Assembly (NCBI RefSeq): GCF_028641065.1
Contig: NW_026576619.1
Location: forward strand, 372,001 to 436,000
Source: Leucoraja erinacea
Taxonomy: Eukaryota
Direction: 5' to 3'
DNA length: 64,000 bases
Part shown: in pieces, positions 1-11,925 of the stretch
How the letters are laid out: each line of letters starts with the position of its first letter
How positions within the stretch are numbered: position 1 is the stretch's first letter
Program-made: the position numbers and the translations under genes
The notes under the pieces: generated by a model
What the model saw: the letters and a program-made list of their open reading frames with translations, nothing else
Databases searched by the model: none
Told to the model about the DNA's origin: nothing

Positions 1-67
1 TTTGAAATAAGCATAAAGTTGAACAAATAAAATTAAAGTAAGGAAATGAGAATCAAGTAATCTCACC

Positions 68-277
68 ACAGATGCTGGTTTATACCGAAGATAGACACAA
101 GGTTCTGGAGTAACCCAGCGGGTCAGGCAGCATCTCTGGGGAAAAATGAATAGGTGATGTTTTGGGTCGGAACTCTTCTGAAGATGGAGTGTGCAGGAAG
201 GAACTGCAGATTAAAGGATTGAAGAAGTGTCTGGAGAAGGATTCCAACCCAAAACATCACCTATTCCTTTTCTCCCA
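68..277. mobile_element. Penelope pLTR-derived element. Further copies or fragments near 3667-3779, 9855-9900, 10612-10705, 12225-12310, 16130-16213, 40072-40195, 55370-55488, 59968-60068, 61640-61805, 62915-62975
   Basis: Shared consensus gatagacacaaaatgctggagtaactcagcggg.caggcagcatctctggag. Confidence 0.75.
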
Positions 278-680
278 ACTATACTCAACCCCCTGACTGC
301 TGAAAGCAAGCGTCAAAAACCTCCTTCGCCGCCCTGACTACCTGTGCCACCACTTCAGGGAACTATGTACCTATCCCAGGGCCCTGTCACACAGGGTGGT
401 GTGTATATCGAACAAGCGCCAGGGACACCTGGCCACATGCAGGTAATTGACCAGGTGGACTAGGCCTGTGCGCAGCTCCACCAGATATAGGTCTTCATTC
501 TGGTGAATTTGCCCAATTATGGGAAGGTGCAGTGATAGTTGATGTGTAGAGTATGTATAGAGCTGCCTGTACTAGTAAGGTTTTGGACACAAGGTGGTCA
601 CACATTGGCTGCAAGAGCCGTGTTTGAATTCTGGCCAAGAATTTAATAAACCACCACTATCATAACTATCACGACTATCC

Positions 681-812
681 CGGCGGTCACGGTGGCGCAG
701 CGGTAGAGTTGCTGCCTCACAGCGAATGCAGTGCCGGGTGCTGTCTGTACCGAGTTTGTACGTTCTCCCCGTGACCTGCGTGGGTTTCTCCGAGATTTTC
801 GTTACCCACATC
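681..812 (+). mobile_element. tRNA-derived V-SINE (HE1-like). Other copies near 19630-19800 (-), 42555-42820 (+), 52650-52760 (-), 60380-60620 (-)
   Basis: A box ggtggcgcagcggtagag; V-domain-like gagtttgtacgttctccccgtgacctgcgtgggtttctcc. Confidence 0.75.
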
Positions 813-1260
813 CTCCATCTCCCGTAAATCACTGATCTCCACCACTCTATGGACCTACTTCCACACCCCCCCCATGTTCATTCTCCAGCCCAGCCCATCC
901 TACCCTCATACCCAGACTCGCTCCACCCCCTCTAGACACCTCATCGCCCCCCTCTGACCACCAGTGTCTCCACTCCGCCACACGTTGCCCGAACCACGGT
1001 CGCCCCATCTCCCCATAATCACTCCATCCTCATTCCGTCTCCTTACTCATCCAACCCTTCCGCGCCGCCTGCCCCTCCCCCTCCCTTTTTCATCACCCTC
1101 TCCAGTCTACCGAGCCCCACCCTCTCTACAGACCTCTATTCTCGGAGCTCCAACCCTGGCGAAACAACCTAACCCCTCCTCCCCTCTGCCGCCCCCCGCC
1201 CCCCCCCCCCCTCCTCTCTCCACCCCCACTACCCCCCCCCCCCGACAACTCCCGATAGAT
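812..1260. repeat. Irregular C-rich low-complexity tract
   Basis: C runs without a clean unit. Also poly-G 1496-1524 and poly-C 10554-10590. Confidence 0.75.
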
Positions 1261-1546
1261 AGCCCCCTCATGTCACCGACTGGCAGACCAGACCCTCTCT
1301 CCTTTGCTCCGCATGGGATGACCGTGGTGACTCCGGCATGTAAACTACAGGTGCCTCCTCGCCAGAAAGAGACGCTCGATTTAGACTGAAGCGCAAATCC
1401 CTAAATTAACAGCAGAGAACATTCGAGATTGAACATTTAAAATAGACCGTGAAGAAGCTTCGGACCCAGCTCCGATTATTTAAACCGCGGAGTGTGGGGG
1501 GGGGGGGGGGGGGGGGGGGGGGGGTGACATTTGTCCTTTGATTTAC

Positions 1547-1830
1547 CTTGGAGAGTGAATTAATTCTCGCTCCGGTGAAAATCGTATCGGGAGCAGTTAA
1601 CCCGCTGGGCCGGCGTTCCAGTTAGTGACAGTTCTCGGTACAGGTGAACTAGAGCACAGACTGGTCCGCTCTGGGCTGGGCTAAGCTGGGCTGGGCTAAG
1701 CTTGTCTGAGCTGCGTCCTTCACACCCGCCGGCGAAACGCTTTCTGCCGCAATGCAGCCGCCACTCGCTCACCGAGTCCCGTCTGAACTACTTGACGAGC
1801 CGCAGAGCAGCCGCGTGTGTTCCTCCGCCT
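1547..1830 (-). promoter_or_regulatory. CpG island with a minus-strand donor; candidate non-coding exon 1 of MLLT11
   Basis: CpG-rich 1270-1830; CAAG|gtaaat donor at 1547/1546. MLLT11 is head-to-head with CDC42SE1 in mammals (synteny inference only; no CDS in the window). Confidence 0.35.
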
Positions 1831-1837
1831 TTGTCCA

Positions 1838-2008
1838 GACCTCCCCCCTCATCTCCCCTATCCCTCACTCTCCTCTCCCCCACTCCTCCCACCTCTCCCC
1901 TCTCCCTCACTCTCCTCTCCCATCCCTCTCCTTCATCTCCCCCACCCCTATCTCCTCTCCCCCACCCCTATCTCCTCTCCCCCACACCTATCTCCTCTCC
2001 TCCTCCCT
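1838..2008. repeat. C/T-rich polypyrimidine repeat (ctcctctcccccacccctat-like units)
   Basis: Directly visible. Confidence 0.9.
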
Positions 2009-2461
2009 GATTCCTCGCTTGATACACCACAATCTCTGTTTTTCTGAAATGAATCCCAGTTTCAATCAGGGATTCTGCTACAGCCGGCGTTCCTTCAGTG
2101 ACAGCTCCCGGTAGAGGTGAACTGAAACACAGACTGCTCCGCTCTGCATGGAGTCCATGTCCACTTCCCGAGCTTCACAATGTTGATCCCACCATTATCA
2201 TTATATTATATGTTATCAGGCAACTGAATCATCCCGAGGGCAGTGCTGAGCTGCCTCTTGGGTGACTCGGACCTTGCTGGCTTTACCTTGCACTAAACGT
2301 TGTTCCCTCATCATATATCTATAGTCTGTAAATGGGTCGATTGCAATCAGTGTATTGTCTTTCTGATGACTGGTTAGCCAGCAACAAAAGTTTTTCACTG
2401 TACCTCGGTACACGTGACAAACTAAACGTAAAGTGAATTTACAACGCTCCTTGGCCTACAG

Positions 2462-2673
2462 CAAGGGTTCCCAACCTGGGGTAAATTTCGCCTACCCAGG
2501 GGGTAAATTTGTCGATTCTGGATTTGTACATATTTGTTCTCATTGACTGACTGTTTTTGGTTCTGGTATACCCGTATCTGTTCATCATTAGTTTTTCATT
2601 AATGTGAAATCACATTAATATGCTATTAAAGTTGCCAGGGGTAAACGGGACGAAAAAGGTTGGGAACCCCTTG
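2462..2673. mobile_element. Non-autonomous hAT (Charlie-like) MITE
   Basis: TIRs CAAGGGTTCCCAACCT / AGGTTGGGAACCCCTTG; subterminal GGGGTAAA repeats; degenerate 8-bp TSD gcctacag/gccttatg. Confidence 0.8.
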
Positions 2674-2974
2674 GCCTTATGTTTCAACAGAAAGGTTTTT
2701 ATCCCCCGTTTATATCAGTATACGACAGATTAGTTCCTTATTCTTATTTTGGAATATTCGTACATTTGTTGCCATATATTAATCATCATCTATATTGTAC
2801 CTCAATACAATAATAAAAAAAAATTACTTCTCAGTCTGCCAGTTAAAATGATGTCACATGAGTTGTGATGTAAGCCGCATAGGACAATGCAGCTGCTAAT
2901 GATGTCAGCATTGTTCAACTCAATGATTTCATTCAGTGATTTGTACACATGATTTGCACAAAATTGTAGGAGGA

Positions 2975-4048
2975 TTAGGCCCCTATCTGAGAAAGGACGT
3001 GCTGACTCTGGAGAGGGTCCAGAGGAGGTTTACAAGAATTATTCCAGGAATGAGTGGGTTAACATATGACGAGCGTTAGTCGGCACTGGGCCTGTAGTCG
3101 CTGGAGTTTGGAAGAATGAGAGGGGACCTCATTGAAACATGCAGAATAGTGAAAGGCCTGGATAGAGGGGATGTGGAGAGGGTGTTTCCACTAGTGGGAG
3201 AGTCTAGGACTTGAGGTCAAAGAATCAGAATGTAAAGGATGTTCCTTTAGGAAGGAGATGGGGAGGAATTTCTTTAGTCAGAGGGTGGCGAATCTGTGAA
3301 ATTCTTTGCCACAGACGGCTGTGGAGGCCAAGTCAGTGGATATTTTTAAGGCAGAGTTATATTCTTGATCAGTACAGGTGTCAGGGGTTATGGGTAGAAG
3401 GCAGGAGAATGGGGTTAGGAGGGAGAAATAGATCAGCCATGGGTGAATGATGGAGTAGACTTGATGGGCCTACTGGCTTAATTCTGCTCCTATCACATGA
3501 CATGATTGATTAGCAAGTTTACAGATGATACAAAAATTGGAATAGAGTTATATATAGGGAGTGAATAACCAAGTATCCAGCTGGAAGTAGATCAGTAGGA
3601 AATATGACAGAAAAATGGCAGTTGGAGTTTAATCCAGACAAATGGCAGATAGAAACAAAGATCCACAGATGCCGGTTTATACCAAAGATAGACACATAGT
3701 GCTGGAGCAACTTAGTGGGTCAGGCAGCATCGCTGGAAAAAAGGATGGGTGATGTTTTGGGTTGTGATCCTTCTTCAGATGTTGTACTTTGGGAGGTCAA
3801 ATGTAAGAGGAAATTATAAAGTAAATGTCCGGCCTCTGAAAGGCATTGATGTACAGAGGGATCTTGTGGTGCAAGTCCACAAGTCCCTTAAAGTGGTCAC
3901 ACAAGAGGATAGGTTGGTACAGAAGGTGTGCTACATGCTGGCCTTGATTTGGCAAGGTGCTGAGTATAAATATAAATGTTCTAAAACCTTGCTTAGGCCA
4001 TTTTTAGAGTATTGTGTGCAGTTCTGTTGACCGCTTTAAAGGACAGTG
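2975..4048 (+). mobile_element. CR1-type LINE 3' fragments
   Basis: Decayed RT-tail motifs (LERVQRRFTR, RRMRGDLIE, RPFLEYCVQF). Similar fragments near 9370-10440, 13200-13930, 17500-18200, 40750-41010, 48600-49070, 54085-54695, 59640-60160, 60640-61300, 63580-63790. Confidence 0.8.
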
Positions 4049-4922
4049 TCAGGGTGAGGATGAGTGTAGGGTGTTGGGGTGAGGGTGTGAGGTTGGGGTG
4101 TAGGTGTTGGGGTGAGGGTGTGAGGTGAGGGTGTCAGGGTGAGGGTGTAGGTGTTGGGGTGAGGGTGTGAGGTGAGGGTGTAGGTGTTGGGGTGAGGGTG
4201 TAGGGGTGAGGGTGTAGGTGTTGGGGTGAGGGTGTTGGGGTGAGGGTGTAGGTGTTGGGGTGAGGGGTGTAGGTGTTGGGGTGAGGGTGTGAGGTGTTGG
4301 GGTGAGGGTGTAGGTGTTGGGGTGAGGGTGTTGGGGTGAGGGTGTTGGGGTGAGAGTGTAGGTGTTGGGGTGAGGGTGTAGGTGTTGGGGTGTAGGTGTT
4401 GGGGTGAGGGTGTAGGTGTTGGGGTGAGGGTGTTGTTGGGGTGAGGGTGTTGGGGTGAGGGTGTAGGTGTTGGGGTGAGGGTGTAGGTGTTGGGGTGAGG
4501 GTGTTGGGGGTGAGCGTGTAGGTGTTGTTGGGTGAGCGTGTAGGTGTTGGGGTGAGGTGTTGGGGTGAGGGTGTAGGTGTTGGGGTGTAGGGGTGAGGGT
4601 GTTGGGGTGAGGGTGTGAGGTGTTGTTGGGGTGATGGTGTAGGTGTTGGGGTGAGGGTGTAGGTGTTGGGGTGAGCGTGTAGGTGTTGGGGTGTAGGTGT
4701 GAGGGTGTAGGTGTGAGGGTGTAGGTGGGAGGGTGTTGGGGTGAGGGAGTAGGTGTTGGGGTGAGGGTGTTGGTGTTGAGGTGAGGGTGTTGGGGTGAGG
4801 GTGTTGGGGTGAGGGTGTGGGTGTTGGGGTGAGAGTGTAGGTGTTGGGGTGAGGGTGTAGGTGTTGGGGTGAGGGTGTTGGGGTGAGGGTGTGGGTGTTG
4901 GGGTGTCAGGGTGAGGGTGTGA
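4046..4922. repeat. G/T-rich minisatellite, unit ~GGGGTGAGGGTGTAGGTGTT
   Basis: ~880 bp of degenerate 14-20-nt units; source of the spurious PTPSPQHP ORFs. Confidence 0.95.
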
Positions 4923-5023
4923 GTTGCAGAAAGGAACTGCAGATGCGAGTTTAGACCGAAGACAGACACAAAATGCTGGAGTAACAGTGGGACGGGCAAC
5001 ATCTCTGGAGCGAAATAATGGAT

Positions 5024-5051
5024 GACGTTTCGGGTTAAGACCCTTCTTCAG
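5024..5051 (-). ncRNA. Minimal hammerhead motif within the pLTR-derived element at 4930-5051
   Basis: Minus strand CTGAAGA A GGGT CTTA ACCC GAAAC GTC. Confidence 0.6.
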
Positions 5052-5149
5052 AGTGTCAGCTTGTCCCAAACCACTGAATGCAGCGTCTTGTCTTGTCTTG
5101 TCATGGAGGTATCTGTACAAAGGCTTGCCATTTATTCTGGTGCTAACGG

Positions 5150-6250
5150 CTTGTCCAAGGCCCACCTCTCCGGCGGCTGTGCGCTCGCTATACCCCGAGG
5201 TGGCGCTCTCTCTGTCTGAATCACTCGTGGGAAAGGGCGAGAGAGGCCGCACTGACTCTCTCTCTCCCACACTGGGCGAGGGTTAAGCCACACCTCACAG
5301 CGCAGGGCAGGGCAGGATCCGGCCGAGGAACAAGGAATGGCCTCTCTTCGTATTTGTTGATATTTCTGTTGAGACGACCTTGACTTTCAGCCGTTTGGAG
5401 CTGGAGCCGCCGGTGAAGGGTAAGTCAAGAGTAAAAGTTGAAATCCCCTTTCATTTCCTGTATCGAAACGCGAAGCCAAGTGTTCCTGTCGTCGGAACTC
5501 TTGTAGCGACTGGTTGAGTGGGACTGCCGGCGCCCAGACCTGCTTCTCCACACAGGCGAGTAGACGGAGGTGAACAAGAGAGGCAGGGACTGGAAAAAGT
5601 TTCCATCTTTGGTTAGGTTTTATGCGGGTTGGAGTCACTTCCTGAAGGGCCGTGGTTTTTACACACACGGGCTGTGGATTTGGCGGCGGCCGCACCATTT
5701 CTCTGTTTTATTTCGAAAATGAATTTTCACTGAAACCCGTGTGTGAGTCAGGGGGAGAGGGGGAGAGAGAGGGGGAGGGGGGCGTTGGGTTTCCCACGCC
5801 GAAGGCGACACACTGGCGAGCGGGCGGGCACTTCGCTTCCAGTGGAATGCGATTGAGCAAAGGTTGAAAGTGCCTGTCTTGTTGGTGCAATGGATGCCAC
5901 GGGCAGCGGCTGAGCAACGGCCGTGTTGTAAGACTAGTCTCGCTACCTCCCTCGCCACACTTCCTCTTTGCCCGCCCGTAGACTCTGGTTGGTTGGTTAC
6001 TCAATCTTGTCAACTTGGCTCCTCTGACCTGTTCTATCCCAGGCATTCGCGACTACCCCTGGGTCTATGTCCCCTTCCTTCCTTCGCAAGCGAAAGCAAC
6101 ACTTACATTTCTCTAGCGCCGTTCGCCACGCCAGGAAATCCCAACGCATTTTTTCCCAAAATTGAGTGCCTGTGAAATGGAAGCATTATTCCCCTGGGCC
6201 GCTCCCAGCAGTTCGCTTAGTTTACACACCGTCACCTTTATGTCGACGAG
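5150..6250 (+). promoter_or_regulatory. CDC42SE1: CpG island: probable CDC42SE1 promoter and non-coding exon 1 (donor after 5419)
   Basis: High CpG density relative to flanks; strong donor GAAGG|gtaagt at 5419/5420; ETS-like CACTTCC motifs. Confidence 0.65.
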
Positions 6251-6829
6251 TCTGGGTTTAACACAGTGCCGCCGACATTCTCTTCACAAGTAGAGCTCCA
6301 CAGGTTGAATCTGTTATTTCCGATGATGTGGGCAGTTTATTGTACATTTCATTGCCTCTCAGCGCTGGGTGTTCAGACATTTCTCTTTCACCAGACTGAT
6401 TTACATGTTCTCCAAGGACGTTCGAGAGCCAATTACCAACTTCAGTCACACAGCGCATAAACAGGCCCTTCAGCCCGACCTGTCCACGCCTACCAAGATG
6501 CCCACCGACACCAGTCCAACTACCTGCCATATCACCCTCAACGTTTCATAACCATGTATTTGTCCATGTGTCTCTTAAAAGTTGAAGTGCCTGCCTTATT
6601 TGGTGCTCCTGCTGTAACCGCAAACGTAGAAGTTTGAGGCTCCTGCAGACACGATTGCCAGCCAATAATGTAGAACCCAAAACGCCCAGTGCCTGTTCTT
6701 CCATCTGACATGCACAAGGTAAAACACACACACAATGTTCAGTTGTTCTAATGGTTTTGATCGGCCAAGCTAAAGTGTATCAATAGGTCAACTGGCAGTG
6801 AGGATTTCATCAGAATACAAACAAACGGG

Positions 6830-7068
6830 AGTAGGAAGGAACTGCAGATGCTGGTTTAAACCAAAGAGACAAAGATAGACACAAAATGTTGAAGTAACTC
6901 AGTGGGATAGACAGCATCTCTGGATAGGGATGGGTGACATTTTCGGTCGAGACCCTTCTTCAGACTTGAAGAATGTCTGAAGGGCCTCAACCCGAAACGT
7001 CACCCATTCCTTCAACCCAGAGATGATCCCTGTCCCACTGAGTTACTTCAAAATTTTGTGTCTATTTT
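6830..7068. mobile_element. Palindromic Penelope pLTR-derived element
   Basis: Inverted arms atagacacaaaat...gacccttcttcagac / gtctgaagggc...attttgtgtctat. Confidence 0.8.
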
Positions 7069-8537
7069 AGGCAGATCGAGTCCACACACAAGATTAGAAG
7101 TTGTTCAGCCAGAGCTGAAACACACGTCTCGCAATCTACATACAATGGTGTCTGTCTTGTTGCTTCTTGTGCGTGGTGGTGGAAACAGGGCCGCAACATG
7201 AATGCTCTTTCCTTAACCCCATCTTAGGAGCAGGTCAATTATCCACATTGAGAAATTCTCCAGCATTCAATAAGATCATGGCTTGCCTTCAATATGACTC
7301 TCCCACACTCTTGTTATTTAAATATCTATCAGATTTTGTCTTTAAAATATCCAGTGGTTCAGCCTCTGCAGCTGCCACAACTAAGCCTCTGAAATTAGGC
7401 CCACCCTAATTGTAGATGACCCCACAAGAGAAAATATCTTCTTGGCATCTACCCTGTCAATCTCACTTATTTTTTATGTTGCATAAAATCGCTACTCATT
7501 CCTCTAATCCCTCTAAGATTAACTTTAACATAGGGCTGGGTATGCAGTACTCCAGGTGTGAAGTCGCATCAACATTCCCCCACTTTTATACTCCATGCCC
7601 CTTGTAATAAAGACCTGCTGTACCTGATGCCCCCCCTCTGTGCATCAGGTAGGAGAACTCCCAGGTTACAGTATATTGTGGTCTCATTTCATTAGATTAA
7701 ATCTCATTAAATTGCTTTTTCATTCTTTCAAAATGGAGAATTGCAAATTACATTGAACTCCTTATCCCATGTGAGTTTTGAGGTAGAGATCAAAATTTAT
7801 TTCAAACCCTGAAAACTTGTTCCACCATTGCATTGTAAATATATTTTAAATAGAAGCAGAAGTAAACGGTTCAGTCCCTTGCGTCTGACTGACCATCCAA
7901 CGCGATCATGGCTGTTTGTCTAGTTCTGCATAACCCCATCCGCACTGAGTTCCTGAATCTCGCTCTCCCTATCATGAATACACACAGCGATCGAGTCTCT
8001 ATTGTCCTCTTGAGGAGAGAATTTAAAAGGTTTGCTCTCCACAGCGTAACAACATTTATTTGTTGTAAAGAGTGGATCCTTTATTTTGACAGTCTTGGCT
8101 GCAAGTTGTAGACAGTCTGCTCAGAGAAATGTTAACCCTGCATCTATCGATCAAGTCCTTCATTGACCTCGTATTCTTCAGGATGCTAGACTGGGATACT
8201 AGCTATCTGAAGACATTAGGCAAGCCTATAGGTTGTGGAAACATTCAGACGGTACCAGTGTAAGGCTGCAGTATAATCAGATTTCTCTCTCCTTGATTTA
8301 ATTTGTCCTTTAACCAGCAAACCAGTCTGACCTCTTTCCCTTTGGGTGTGGTATCAAAATTTATCGCCATCCACCAATAATGTCTCAAAGATCTTGGGTT
8401 TTTTTTGGCCTGGTCTAACATCTGTTCACCACTACAATTTGCTGGTGTGCCTCGACTGCTGTTGTGGGATCTTGCAATACAAACAAGCTGTCACGAATCC
8501 TGCATAACAAAAGTTACACACCTCTGAATTGTCTTTG

Positions 8538-8855
8538 GTAGACACAAGATCTGGAGAAACTCAGCGGGTGAGGCAGCATCTATGGAGAGAAGGAATAAGC
8601 AACTTTTCGGGCCGAGACCCTGCTTCAGACTGATGTCGAGGAGGGGGGGGGGGGGGGGGAGAGAGAGAGAGAAAGGAAGAGGCAGACAGTAGACTTCCTT
8701 TCTATCCCGCCCCCCGACATCAGTCTGAAGAAGGGTCTCGACCCAAAACGTTGCCTGTTCCTTCTCTCCTTAGATGCTGCCTCACCCGCTGAGTTTCTCC
8801 AGCATTTTGTGTCTACATTTGATTTTTCCAGCATCTGCAGTTCTTCCTTAAACAT
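8538..8855. mobile_element. Palindromic Penelope pLTR-derived element
   Basis: ~100-bp inverted arms around a purine-rich spacer; degenerate hammerhead core at 8725-8752. Confidence 0.82.
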
Positions 8856-8899
8856 TCAGAATTGGCCTTTGTTAGATGTAATGTGCTTTTGCACCTCCT

Positions 8900-9330
8900 A
8901 AGGATGTGACAACTGGCAGAAAGTGCAAAGACTTAGTGTCATCTAGTTGTCTCTGTGGATCCCACAAGCTTTGTAACAAATTGCAGTTATTGCTATGCTG
9001 TATGAATTACAGCAGGCAATCTGTGCATAGAAAACTCTTGCACAAAGCAATGTAAGCATAGACCAACTTTCGCACTGTTAGTGTTATTTGATTGATAAAT
9101 GTTGGCCCTGGGGACTGGGTGAACCTCCATCGCTTTGAAACAAAGAGCAGGAGATACTTTTACAGCTGGCTGAGCGAGTAGATGAAGCTTTTGTTTCAAG
9201 TTTTCTGTTATGGACGGTCCGTCCAAGAGTAGTGCATTGCTTCACCAACACTAGTCCTCTGGCACTGCTGAATTTATGCTTGAGTGACTGCAGTGGGCAT
9301 TGAACCCATGATTACTGACTCTTGGATGTG
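8900..9330 (-). mobile_element. Ancient Deu-domain SINE-like relic (also near 14740-15000 +, 46850-47200 -, 55500-55810 -)
   Basis: B-box-like gggttcaatgcc on minus and Deu-like aaatgttggcc..gg..gaac motif; highly diverged. Confidence 0.45.
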
Positions 9331-10552
9331 AAAGTAGCAGGTATGATTAGTAAGATGAACATTGATGTTGATAGAAACATAGACAAATAGGTGCAGGACT
9401 AGGCCATTTGGCCCTTTGAGCCAGCACCATCATTCAATATGATCATGGCTGATCATCTAAAATCAGTACTACGTTCCTGCTTTTTTCCCCCCATATCCCT
9501 TGCTTCCTTTAGCCCCAAGAGCTATATCTAACTCTCTCTTGAAAACATCCAGTGGATTGACCTTCACTGCCTTCTGTGGCAGAGAATTCCAGAGAGGAGG
9601 GTTCTTTTAAACTAAAGATTGATCAGCTGGTAAATTGTGCAGGGTAATTGCAGATGGAGCTTAATCCTGGTAAGTATGAGGTGATACATTTGGGGATTTG
9701 GGCAGGAGGGGGTAGGGTATATTTAATAAAGGTAGGAAATATACCATGAATGATTGGGAACTTGGGTGTATTGAGGAAGAAAGGGACCATGGTGTAGAAG
9801 TAAAGATCTCTGAACATAGCAGCACAGGGTTGTGACAAAGGCATACAGGATGCTGTCCATGTTCTCCAGATATGCTGCCTGACCTGCTGAGTTACTCTAG
9901 CACTTCACCTTTATGTAAACCACTATCTACAGTTCATTGTGTCTACACTTTATAAAACATTTATTAGGCCACAGATGGAATACTGTGTGGGATTGTGAAC
10001 ACCGCACCATAGGAAGGATGTGATTGGGGTAGGAGAGGGTGCAGACAGCATTCACATGGATGTTGCCTGGGATGGAATTTTCAGTTGCGAGGAGAGACTG
10101 AACTAGTCTGGACTTGTTTACCCTGGAGCAGAGGAGGTTAGAGGGAGACCAGTTAGAATAATGCAATATTATAAGAATTCTTCATAGGGTAGATTTCTTC
10201 CCCAAGTATATCCCAGAGATTTAAGATGACGAGTAGATTTGGAAGAGATCTTCTGGAGAAGAATTTCTTCACCCAGAGGTGGATGGAATCTGGAAAGCAT
10301 TCCTTGAGAAGGTGGTGGAAACGGGTACTCTCATCATTTAAGAAGCATCTGAATGAGCACTTGAATAGTTGCCAAGACATAATAGGCTACAGACTGTGCT
10401 GGTAAATGGGCTCAGGAACAGCTTCTAACTCTGGTATCAGACTGCTGAATGGTTAGAGTGTTCTGCTATTCCAAGATTCATCTGGCTGGGTCTCACTTCT
10501 CATCCTTGAGTATAACTGACTGTGCCAACATATCCTGAGGCTGTCACCTATC

Positions 10553-10590
<38 letters not shown>

Positions 10591-11871
10591 ACCTCCAACA
10601 TTAATGCATGGTGTGAAGAAAGGTCCCGACCTGAAACATTGTCTATCCTTTTTCTCCGGAGATGTTGCCTGACCCGCTGATTTACTCCAGCACTTTGTGT
10701 CTATCAGTGGCTACTGATCTGTTTCGATAGCATGCAAAGCAAAGCTTTTCACTGTACCTCGGTACACATTACAATAATAAACATAAACTATTTTTTTTAT
10801 CCTTCCTTCTCCAATGTGTAACAATATATTCTGCACTGTTTATTTTTCTCAGTTCGCACTGCCGATTGTACTTGTGTGCGGTTTGATTGTACTCGCTCGT
10901 ATATGGTATGATCTGACTAACAAAGACAACTTTTTCGCCATCTACATACACATGACAGTAATAAACCATAAGGCTAAAACTCTTTAATTTTGATAGCTTT
11001 CCAAACCCAAAATAATCTGGTTGTCACTAGTCTAGTTGTAAAAGCCCAATCAGATGTACGAGAGGAGTTTGGTCTCGGCATGCCTGGATTAATTTAAAAT
11101 TGGATCGTATACAAAGATTAAAATCCCTTCACAAATCAGTTGAAATTAACTTTGGTGGTCTCAGTAGTCCAGGAGATTCACTGCATGGGAGGAATATTAT
11201 CTTTCATCCCTTCTCTTCAAAAGAAGCACTGGAATTTGCATGACACTGGAAACATTGCACTTCTAGCAGTAAAACATTCTTGGTGTTTCACAGGTTCTTG
11301 TAAAATGTTTCATGTTTAGATCATCACTCGACTGGCATGCCTGCATTCTCAGAAGTTTAGCTGACTAGTCCAATGCTCGGTTGAGACTTGTTATCAAGAT
11401 TGGCTGATTAAATTAGAGGTCTTGACACAGGGGAAGGAAGGGTTCTGGTGTTCCACAAATCAATGCTTGGGAGAGAGGATGCCAGGTGAAGAAGGGAGAA
11501 AGAGTGATTTAATTCTGGGCTGCAATGAATTATCCATTTCTGTAAGAGCTAAATGTCTCTGGGCATTAGAGAGAATTCTTTGTTGTTTCCTACCCAGAAT
11601 TGATCCTGAAATTGAATTACTAATCGTCTTCTCCTCAAAGCAGGTTTCGATCCAGGTGTGAAGGGGAAATTTGATGTTCCAGGGAACTGCCTACCCTAAC
11701 GTTGACATTCACCAATTGTGGACTTCCGCCCACATTGAAAGCAGCCCCCCTTACTTCAGTGTGGGTAGAGGGGGGTGAACCTCGTGGTCAACCTCTGCCT
11801 CCTGGACCTATTTCTTGTGAGAAAAGATTCACTGGGTCATCTGATTTTGTTTGGGGGAATCTTTTGGCGAA

Positions 11872-11925
11872 ATGAGCGAATTTTGGTTGTGTTTTGGCTG
11901 TTCGGAAGTGGAGAAGGCCCAGCCG
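11872..11925 (+). CDS. CDC42SE1: CDC42 small effector, coding exon 1 (MSEFWLCFGCSEVEKAQP)
   Basis: ATG at 11872 with in-frame upstream stops (11776, 11818). MSEFW start typical of SPEC proteins. Donor CCG|gtaag, phase 0. Exon acceptor near 11640/11643. Confidence 0.9.

Noticed and set aside
681-740. tRNA genes (also 51990-52064, 19745-19790, 60555-60615)
   Set aside because: tRNA-like heads continue into SINE bodies; no complete cloverleaf.
964-2114. Pro/Ser-rich ORFs
   Set aside because: Products of C/T low-complexity sequence.
4049-5270. 317-aa and 378-aa Pro/Thr/His-rich ORFs
   Set aside because: Translation of a stop-free minisatellite; open in several frames.
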